From Bacteroidota bacterium (GTDB taxonomy: Bacteria > Bacteroidota > Rhodothermia > Rhodothermales > UBA10348), in contig JAQBZH010000007.1 in NCBI GenBank assembly GCA_027622005.1, forward strand, positions 2,084 to 66,083: a DNA stretch of 64,000 nt. Reading direction: 5' to 3'. The translations under genes and the position numbers were made by a program. Below the pieces are notes generated by a model. The model worked only from the letters and a program-made list of their open reading frames with translations. It had not been told where the DNA came from and searched no databases. Below are positions 1-7,127 of this stretch, one piece after another (the first letter of the stretch is position 1; every line of letters begins with the position of its first letter).

Positions 1-784
1 GCCCACGGAGCCCATGGATAAAGGTGTCGGTATAATACAGGCACCGAACATCAGAAAAGTTAAGGTCATGGTCTACATAGCCCTCTATATAGTCCATTTG
101 AGGGCTGTCTTGCCCTTGAAACCAGTGAATGATCGGTAAATCGAGCGAGCTCATAGCCATGGCCAGACTCCATTCACAGCTTTCCTCACTTCTACCTTCA
201 TCGAGCCGACTTCTGAAATGGGTTTCTGATCTCCGGGACAAAAATTCCCGTGCCTTGGCCGTTACGTGAGCGGTCGTTTGGTCGTCAGCAGCATAGATGA
301 CCCCCGCTTGAATGCGTGGCAAATAGGTGAGACCAAAGCGCTTCATAGTCCGCCGCCGCCGATCTAAGAGTCGATCGATAATAATTCCGGCGCCTTTTGG
401 CCCACCAAACCAGGCATCCGCCTTTTCCAGGCCGGTAGCAGTAAAAGGGTAGGCCTGAAGCTTTTTCCACATCGGGTCGGGGTTTCGGCACCAAACGATA
501 TCAGAGTCTACATAAAGACACTGTTCAAAAGGCTTGAACAAAGAAAGGTGGTGCTTGAATCCAACAATGGACCGATGGGCTTCGGGAAGAACTTCCAAAA
601 CGGCAAAAAGATGATCCAGTCCTCTTTCCCTCAACAGCGCGATCTGGCTTTCATCTGCGTACAGAGCTACCCCTCGCTTCGAATCGTGACGGCGCAACGT
701 CTGCACCGACGCGACGGCGTGCCGGAGATAGCGTTCGCTTCCATAGGTGTGAAGAACGTATCCTTCCAAGGTATTCCAGGTCAA
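1..784 (-). CDS. Hypothetical protein, candidate GT-A fold (GT8-like) nucleotide-sugar transferase. The 3' part runs off the left edge of the window.
   Basis: Uninterrupted minus-strand frame from a TTG at 784-782 (directly preceded by in-frame TAG and TGA) down to position 1. It is absent from the supplied track, apparently because it is edge-truncated. My translation reads TWNTLEGYVLHTYGSERYLRHAVASVQTLRRH...FEQCLYVDSDIVWCRNPDPMW, which includes a DxD-like VDSD motif. It displaces the unconvincing track ORFs 285-494 and 548-844. Confidence 0.55.
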   Translation of the reverse strand, partial: MTWNTLEGYVLHTYGSERYLRHAVASVQTLRRHDSKRGVALYADESQIALLRERGLDHLFAVLEVLPEAHRSIVGFKHHLSLFKPFEQCLYVDSDIVWCRNPDPMWKKLQAYPFTATGLEKADAWFGGPKGAGIIIDRLLDRRRRTMKRFGLTYLPRIQAGVIYAADDQTTAHVTAKAREFLSRRSETHFRSRLDEGRSEESCEWSLAMAMSSLDLPIIHWFQGQDSPQMDYIEGYVDHDLNFSDVRCLYYTDTFIHGLRG

Positions 785-854
785 TCACTAGGTACTAACC
801 CCTTGCGAACGCAACCCCGAATTGATTGTTCTTACTCCGAGTAGAATTGCCTGG

Positions 855-1475
855 CTAAGCTTTGGTCTTTTCCAACCTCTTATTCAGGCTGGTCATTAAC
901 CCGTCAAATCCTCGTTTCCGGATGACGGACTGAAAGCTACGGCTGTACCCTTCGACGGTGCTAACCTTATCGATGATGATATCTTTGGCTCGCCAGTTAG
1001 CTCCTTTTAGCACAAAATCGTATTCCACAATGGCGGCTACATTTTTGTAAGTAGTCGTGGTCGTAACTCGGGCAGCGGATTTGGAGGCTTTTATCCCATC
1101 GTATCGGACGGCAGCTCGATAAATATCTACGTCGGCTAGTGACTGTTCTCGAACGATCTCGCTAAACACGCGGATAAACTCGACCTTCTGAGCCGCTGTT
1201 AAAGGTGCCCAAAAGGTACCGAGTGCCGCTTCTCCCATCGAACCAAAATCGATCAGGTCATTGACCAAGTTTCGAAGTTGTTCTTTTTTGGCAGCCGGCA
1301 CTTCGCCGCTCGTGCCTAGCAGCTTTTTTAAGTCTTTATCGCGTTGTTCGAGCATGGCCCGGATGTCGGCTTCCGGTTTCTGCGCCGAGACCGCAACAGG
1401 GGCTATGCAAACCAGCATGATGACCGCAGTTAGCGTCAATTTTGACAGTTGGGTGTATAGATTCTGGTACAACAT
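855..1475 (-). CDS. MlaC/Ttg2D-like periplasmic phospholipid-binding protein
   Basis: 206 aa with a signal peptide (LTAVIMLVCIAPVAVSAQ). The core GEAALGTFWAPLTAAQKVEFIRVFSEIV...WRAKDIIIDKVSTVEGYSRSFQSVI follows the Tgt2/MlaC family pattern (W..l....q..eF, W.v.D..i.gvS.v..yRsqF). Confidence 0.75.
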   Translation of the reverse strand: MLYQNLYTQLSKLTLTAVIMLVCIAPVAVSAQKPEADIRAMLEQRDKDLKKLLGTSGEVPAAKKEQLRNLVNDLIDFGSMGEAALGTFWAPLTAAQKVEFIRVFSEIVREQSLADVDIYRAAVRYDGIKASKSAARVTTTTTYKNVAAIVEYDFVLKGANWRAKDIIIDKVSTVEGYSRSFQSVIRKRGFDGLMTSLNKRLEKTKA

Positions 1476-1531
1476 AGCTTCTAATAACAGTGAATAGCCC
1501 CAAAATGGACGTTTCCAAATAGTTTTACACT

Positions 1532-2926
1532 CTATAGTCCAACTAACGTGCCGCTCTCCAGCGCTTGAACTAAGATTCCGGTTCTGCTCAATAATTTAAT
1601 AACGGCCAAATTGTATTTGTAAACCGACTCTTGTCGCGCGGCACGAAGCGTAAGATTTTCTTTTACCGCTTTCACAAGGTTTTCCGTGTCCCCTACTTCA
1701 AGATCGAAATTGACTTCTTCGAGGCGCAGCCATTCTTTACTTATTTGCAGTTGTTGCTCCCGAGCTTCCATTACCGCCCGAGCCACGGTGACGTTTCGAA
1801 AGGCCTCTTCCACTTCGAACAAAACCAATTGACGTGCGGCTTCTGCCTGGAAGGACACCTGTGCTGATTCAGCTTTTGCCTGAGCGATCTTGGCCCGCGT
1901 TTGACCGAAATTCAGATTCTGTCTGAAGCCAAAACCGACCTCCAGTTTTCGTGACAGAAACTGATCACTTATGTACGGATTGGGCTGTTTTTCGCGACCG
2001 GGCGCGTAAGACCATCTGCCAGAGACGCCTAAAAACAATTTGGGGTAGAGATGGGATCTAGCAACATCCACCAAGGCTTCCCGAGCTTCCATTCCCGCGG
2101 CGGCTTGGCTCAATTCGGGGCGGAATATTAGGGCTTTTTCCAGATAGGACTCCAAGGATTCCAGCGCAATATTTACGGGATCCAGCAACTTGGACTCCAA
2201 GGCTGTGGTTTGGCCATCTGGTAAGAACATCAACCTAGACAAAGCAGAACGGGCCGTTTTCCGGCTTTCTTCTACTTCAACAACACGCTGTAAGAACTCT
2301 TGCTCCGTAATTTTGACCTGGAAAAGGTCGGCGTCGTCAACCCCTTCGTCGCCCTCTTCAATCATCCGATTTATTTCCTTGATGGCCCGCTGGACGATAT
2401 CTCCGGCCTCCGTAGTCAGACTAGTGAGCGCTTCGGCATATTGCAGGCCAAAATATAGCTGGGCCGCTCTTTCAGCCACCTGACTTTTTGTATCTAAGGT
2501 TGCGGCCTCTTCAACCTTTACGCCAGCCTTAGCAGCTTCAATCGACTTTCCGAGTTCTCCCCAGGTCCAAAGCGGTTGAAGAGCAGAGAACTCAATTCGG
2601 TTGAATAGAGACAGGTCTTCCCAATCGTTACGAACATCCGGATCCAGGTATAAGCGGGATCCAGGAGTGTTGTTGGGGTTATCTAATCCGGGAGCCGTGG
2701 AATGTGCCGAGGTAGCCGTAAACTCAGTTAAAAATCGGGATGCACGGGCCAAACTGTATCGGGCTTCGGCAAAATCCACTTTGGCTGCTTTCGCACGGAT
2801 TTCTGGACTAATCTCGACTGATTTAGTCATGGCCGAAGAGAGCGACACCATTAAAGTGTCTTGTGCTTCCGCGGTCCAAGTCGCTATCATCAAGAAAGTC
2901 AGAAAGAAAGAAGTAGATTTCGCCAT
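1532..2926 (-). CDS. TolC-family outer membrane efflux protein
   Basis: 464 aa with a signal peptide (FLMIATWTAEAQ). It has two long coiled-coil/OEP-like repeat halves with the typical A/E/L-rich heptad-like sequence. It lies immediately upstream of the MlaC-like gene. Confidence 0.8.
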   Translation of the reverse strand: MAKSTSFFLTFLMIATWTAEAQDTLMVSLSSAMTKSVEISPEIRAKAAKVDFAEARYSLARASRFLTEFTATSAHSTAPGLDNPNNTPGSRLYLDPDVRNDWEDLSLFNRIEFSALQPLWTWGELGKSIEAAKAGVKVEEAATLDTKSQVAERAAQLYFGLQYAEALTSLTTEAGDIVQRAIKEINRMIEEGDEGVDDADLFQVKITEQEFLQRVVEVEESRKTARSALSRLMFLPDGQTTALESKLLDPVNIALESLESYLEKALIFRPELSQAAAGMEAREALVDVARSHLYPKLFLGVSGRWSYAPGREKQPNPYISDQFLSRKLEVGFGFRQNLNFGQTRAKIAQAKAESAQVSFQAEAARQLVLFEVEEAFRNVTVARAVMEAREQQLQISKEWLRLEEVNFDLEVGDTENLVKAVKENLTLRAARQESVYKYNLAVIKLLSRTGILVQALESGTLVGL

Positions 2927-3070
2927 TTTAGCGATGTATTTATTGGAAGGCTGCCCAAAGGATCGTAAAACCCGCGAATTTATTGACGCTATGTGCTACC
3001 GAATGGTAACATTCATACAGTGTGTTAACCGGGTTGTTCAATACCTGAAAAACCTAGGCTCTCAAATCCA

Positions 3071-3268
3071 ATGCCTGTAACGCAGTGTATATGTTCGCAA
3101 GTGACTTTTGCGGCTCTCAAAAAGTTGGCGAGCGAAAAGAACGCTAAGTCGATCGAAGACCTGCAGAAGATTCGTCCATTCGGACTCTCCTGCAAGCTAT
3201 GCATTCCGTACATCCGCCAAATGCTTAAGGACGGTCGTACCGAATTCAGTGAAACGATTATCGAGTAA
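3071..3268 (+). CDS. bfd: BFD-like [2Fe-2S]-binding ferredoxin (bacterioferritin-associated ferredoxin family)
   Basis: 65 aa with cysteine pattern C6-x-C8-x32-C41-x2-C44. This is the same C-x-C-x32-C-x2-C spacing I recall for E. coli Bfd. Confidence 0.6.
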   Translation: MPVTQCICSQVTFAALKKLASEKNAKSIEDLQKIRPFGLSCKLCIPYIRQMLKDGRTEFSETIIE

Positions 3269-3842
3269 GCAGAACGATATCCGTTTCGATTTCATTTCCC
3301 ACGAAAAAATCCACACTACTGTGCTTCCAGTTCATGCCGTAGTCCGTCCGATCTAGCGTGGTAGCTACGCGGTATGCCATCCACGTGTGGTCAGCTTCGG
3401 TAAAGGTATGCACGGTGAGAGGAAGCGTGATTTCTCGAGAAACGCCATGCATGACGAACGTCCCATCCACGAGGTAGGACTCGCCATTCTTGCGAATGTT
3501 GGAACTGGTAAACGTAATGGTGGGATGGACAGCCACATCAAAAAAATCGGCACTCTTTAAGTGTTCGTTGCGTCCATCGATTCCCGTATCAACCGATTCA
3601 ACTTGGATGACCAATCGAACGGAAGAGGCGTCCAAATTGTCAGCTTTCCAAATAAGATCGACGCTGAAGTCCGAAAATTTGCCCGTTACTTTCGAAAGTC
3701 CTTTTACGATGGGGACGACAAAGCCAAGGGTCGAATGGTTTCGGTCAAATCGCACCAAATCGGGATTGGCAGGGGTCGCATTCTGAGCGATCGATGGAAG
3801 CGTTAGAAGGCCGATCAAAAAGGATAAAAGTAGGGTTCTCAT
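3258..3842 (-). CDS. YceI-family periplasmic (polyisoprenoid-binding-like) protein
   Basis: 194 aa with a signal peptide (LLTLPSIAQN). It carries YceI-type motifs: HSTLGFVVPIV, GKFSDFSVDL and MHGVSREITLPLTV. Its 3' end overlaps the convergent bfd-like gene by 11 nt. Confidence 0.8.
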   Translation of the reverse strand: MRTLLLSFLIGLLTLPSIAQNATPANPDLVRFDRNHSTLGFVVPIVKGLSKVTGKFSDFSVDLIWKADNLDASSVRLVIQVESVDTGIDGRNEHLKSADFFDVAVHPTITFTSSNIRKNGESYLVDGTFVMHGVSREITLPLTVHTFTEADHTWMAYRVATTLDRTDYGMNWKHSSVDFFVGNEIETDIVLLTR

Positions 3843-4042
3843 AGAGCTAAAAAATAGGAAATTGGATCAACGGTTGGACTGAAGTTCACCATAACGGCGA
3901 ATCGGCCTCAGAGGTTCACGATCGGGGTAATAACCCGACTTTCTTCGATTTGTATGGTCAGATTTTCGTACTTTAGTCAGGTCTTTTGTAAAGCGCGATC
4001 CGCCTTAAAGACATTCCGAACTTTCTGGAGAAATCGTACGCC

Positions 4043-6103
4043 ATGGTTCAAAATGAACGGTCTCAACGCGTCATCTGGTTGACCATGCTGGTCGCGTTTT
4101 GTGGCTTTTTCGGTTTGCGAATACCGTTTTCGGCCGAAGTTCGCGCGCAGGATATCCCAATTACAGCCCATCCTAGTGCTCGCCTCACGTCCCAACCGCG
4201 CGACGGGGCCGGAAGCTCCCAACTAGCCAATCGTTTTGACGTCACATTTTACCACTTGACGCTCAACCTCAATGGGCTCCGAAATCCTATTTTGCTGGGG
4301 CGAAATCGAATTGTTGGGCGTGCGTTGACCGACTTGGACTCTCTTCAATTTGACCTTTCAAATAACCTCATAGTCGACTTTGTTAGTTTAACTACCGGTG
4401 GCGCCTTGGCCTATTCCCACCAACACGATAAAGTCACGGTGGTACTGAAAACCCGATTGCTCAAGGGGTCCAAACTTGAATTGGACTTGGTCTATCACGG
4501 TAATCCCGCTTCGACCGGATTTGGGGCCTTTACGAACATTCAAAATGTGCCCGGGAAACCGAATACCATTTGGACACTGTCCGAACCGTACGGATCGAAA
4601 GAATGGTGGCCACTCGACGATCAATTGTCTGATAAGTCGGACTCGGTCCGGGTTACGGTTCGCGTGCCAGCCCCCATGAAGGTGGCCTCCAATGGGGTAT
4701 TGCTCGGAAAAACAACCCATATCGATGGTTCGAGCACGTTCGATTGGATGCATCGATATCCGATTTCACCCTACTTGGTTTCCCTTGCAATTGGGGAATA
4801 TGACGAGTACACACAGACCTATACACGTCCGAGTCATCTGGTCACCGAATGGGGACCGGGTTCGTTTCCCGTCCAACACTTTGCATACAGAGGAAGCAAC
4901 GCTTTTCAAGGGATTAGCCCCACGAGTGGTTGGCATCTTGCGGCCGAGATGTTAGCTGTTTTCGAGGATTGGATGGGCCCGTATCCTTTTGAAAAGGAAA
5001 AATACGGGCATGCTCACGTGACCTTTAAAGGAGGGATGGAGCACCAAACGATCAGTTCCATGGGTAATATCGGGGCTGAACTGATCGCCCACGAGTTGGC
5101 TCATCAATGGTTCGGCGACAAATTGACCCCTCAATCCTGGTCGGACCTGTGGCTCAACGAGGGCTTTGCAACCATGAGCGAATTTTTAGTCTACGAGTCT
5201 GACCCCAAATACGCCAACATGGGCCGAATTCTGGGCAATTTGTATTACCAACGTGCCCGACTTGCGCGCGGCACCTTAGTCCAACAGGACACGTTGGACG
5301 TTGCGAAATTGTTTGATTTCAGCGGAGTCTATGCAAAAGGCTATATGGTGCTTCGGATGATTCGCGGTATAGTCGGGGATGACGTTTTTAAGCAGATTCT
5401 CAGGACCTATACCTCCACACCATCTCTCAAATACGCATCTGTCACCACCACCGATTTTCAGCGCATTGTGGAAGAAGTATCGGGTAGATCGTTTCAGACA
5501 TTTTTCGATCAGTGGGTGTACTCCGGAACGGGCCTTCCGACGTACGACGTCAGCTGGTCGAATGTGGGTGATGGGGTTAACCCGCAAGTTCGGATCGAGT
5601 TAAAACAAATTCAGCAGGCCGATGAGTCATCCGTCTCCGTGTTTGAAATGCCCGTATGGCTCGAAATAGAGACAACAGGCAAAACGTATCGGATTCGGGT
5701 AGAAAACAACCAACGTTCACAGGTTTATACAATCGACTTGCCAGAATCCGCCTTGTCGGTGAGAGTGGATCCCGAAAAGTGGATACTTCGAGGCGATTCT
5801 CCAACACACGTGGCGCTGGATGAGCCCATTTCTGTTCCTAGCGATTTATCGTTTTCCGTCTATCCGAACCCAACGAAAGGCCCCATTAACCTTCATTTTG
5901 AGCCCAACCCTTCGGGAGAATCGGTCAACATAACGGTATACGATTTACTGGGTCGCCTAGTACGAACTCACCGAACCAACCCTGGTTGGAGGGGCGAAAT
6001 GGATATAACGCTAGATGGGCAAGGTCTTCCGCCTGGTATGTATACCATTCGAGCCGTGCAAAATGGCCATTTTCGATCCAAATCTGTCATTCTTACCCGT
6101 TAA
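4043..6103 (+). CDS. M1-family zinc aminopeptidase with a T9SS C-terminal sorting domain
   Basis: 686 aa. It has a GMEHQT (GxMEN-like) motif, the HELAHQWFGD (HExxH) motif and the downstream LWLNEGFA glutamate. The C-terminal roughly 80 aa (SFSVYPNPTKGPINLHFEP...ITVYDLLGRLV...GMYTIRAV) look like a Por/T9SS type A sorting domain. Confidence 0.9.
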   Translation: MVQNERSQRVIWLTMLVAFCGFFGLRIPFSAEVRAQDIPITAHPSARLTSQPRDGAGSSQLANRFDVTFYHLTLNLNGLRNPILLGRNRIVGRALTDLDSLQFDLSNNLIVDFVSLTTGGALAYSHQHDKVTVVLKTRLLKGSKLELDLVYHGNPASTGFGAFTNIQNVPGKPNTIWTLSEPYGSKEWWPLDDQLSDKSDSVRVTVRVPAPMKVASNGVLLGKTTHIDGSSTFDWMHRYPISPYLVSLAIGEYDEYTQTYTRPSHLVTEWGPGSFPVQHFAYRGSNAFQGISPTSGWHLAAEMLAVFEDWMGPYPFEKEKYGHAHVTFKGGMEHQTISSMGNIGAELIAHELAHQWFGDKLTPQSWSDLWLNEGFATMSEFLVYESDPKYANMGRILGNLYYQRARLARGTLVQQDTLDVAKLFDFSGVYAKGYMVLRMIRGIVGDDVFKQILRTYTSTPSLKYASVTTTDFQRIVEEVSGRSFQTFFDQWVYSGTGLPTYDVSWSNVGDGVNPQVRIELKQIQQADESSVSVFEMPVWLEIETTGKTYRIRVENNQRSQVYTIDLPESALSVRVDPEKWILRGDSPTHVALDEPISVPSDLSFSVYPNPTKGPINLHFEPNPSGESVNITVYDLLGRLVRTHRTNPGWRGEMDITLDGQGLPPGMYTIRAVQNGHFRSKSVILTR

Positions 6104-6116
6104 AAAACGAGTCTCA

Positions 6117-6608
6117 ATGTCCTCTTTCTCTATTCGCTTTGCTGTTTCTGACGATGCTCCCGAAATTGTCCGCTTAATCAATGGATTAGCCGACTATGAG
6201 CGACTCCGACACGCTTCCAGACCCGACGAAAGCATGTTGCGTAAGCATTTAGCTTCTATAGCGGTGCCCAGGGTCGAGGCCTTAGTTGCTATTGACAATA
6301 ATTCCCAAAAGTTCGTCGGTTTTGCTTTGTTTTATCACAATTACTCCACGTTTTTAACCAATTTTGGCCTCTTTCTGGAAGATTTATTTGTCGAAGAGGA
6401 CAGCAGAGGGCGCGGAATCGGCCTGGCATTATTCAAAAAACTGGCGCAAATAGCCGATGAAAGACAGAGTTTACGATTGGACTGGAACGTTTTGAATTGG
6501 AATGAGCCTGCCATTTCTTTTTACAAAAAAATTGGCGCGATTTCATTGACAGACTGGACGACAATGCGTCTCGATCAAAACGCAATTAAAGCGTTGTCCA
6601 GCAACTAG
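6117..6608 (+). CDS. GNAT-family N-acetyltransferase (SSAT/diamine acetyltransferase-like)
   Basis: The track ORF 6015-6608 overlaps the peptidase 3' end. The ATG at 6117 gives MSSFSIRFAVSDDAPEIV. The acetyl-CoA motif is LEDLFVEEDSRGRGIGLALFKKL, and FALFYHNYSTFL is typical of SSAT-like GNATs. Confidence 0.85.
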   Translation: MSSFSIRFAVSDDAPEIVRLINGLADYERLRHASRPDESMLRKHLASIAVPRVEALVAIDNNSQKFVGFALFYHNYSTFLTNFGLFLEDLFVEEDSRGRGIGLALFKKLAQIADERQSLRLDWNVLNWNEPAISFYKKIGAISLTDWTTMRLDQNAIKALSSN

Positions 6609-6841
6609 TTGGGCACGTATTGCCCGGTACAATCGATGTGCTCGGTCTCGGCTGGTCGTCTAGTAGGCGAATCGCTAACGGCGAGGGGCGGGTCACAATT
6701 TTTCGGGACATAATGCGTGTGGCTCCCGTGAGGTACTTCGTTGTATAAACGGTCATCAAACACACCAAATGAGTCAATCAAAACCATGGTCAGAAAGATT
6801 CCCATGGCTACAAGGATATAAAAGCGTGCTTTTTTCTTCAT
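6605..6841 (-). CDS. Small membrane-anchored protein with a single histidine-triad (HxxHxH) motif
   Basis: 78 aa counted from the ATG at 6841 (a TTG at 6853 is an alternative start). It has an N-terminal K-rich segment plus a TM helix (MKKKARFYILVAMGIFLTMVLI), followed by EVPHGSHTHYVPKN. HGSHTH is encoded at 6713-6730. The gene is divergent from the TonB receptor gene. Confidence 0.5.
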   Translation of the reverse strand: MKKKARFYILVAMGIFLTMVLIDSFGVFDDRLYNEVPHGSHTHYVPKNCDPPLAVSDSPTRRPAETEHIDCTGQYVPN

Positions 6842-7127
6842 TGGCAGGGTCAAACGACGTGACCTAAATTTTCCTGATGTCCCTTTATCTTTTAAAAATC
6901 AAGCGATCTGGCGTCCTTAGGGGCCCCAAAATTGTCCTGTACTCACACCATAGGAACCTAAGAAGCGTGTAGGATCTAATAATAATACTAAACTCAAACC
7001 TAAATGGATTCGATTCTATTTACTCGATGGATGTATTTTCAGCCAATTGAATGGCAAAGGCGGTAGAGTCGTCTACTATTTTCAGCGCATCAGAGCCGAT
7101 CGGATAAGTCGCATTTTTTATCAAGAG

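Noticed and set aside
285-844. Track ORFs 285-494 (-) and 548-844 (+) as possible genes
   Set aside because: Both have implausible composition. They are fully covered by a much longer, uninterrupted minus-strand frame (1-784) with protein-like sequence and a DxD motif. That frame is missing from the track only because it runs off the window edge.
6854-7127. Possible cobalamin or TPP riboswitch upstream of the first TonB-dependent receptor
   Set aside because: I could find no B12-box-like element and no TPP CUGAGA / ACCUGAU-type core by eye. The region looks like a plain AT-rich divergent promoter. A covariance-model scan would be needed for a definitive answer.
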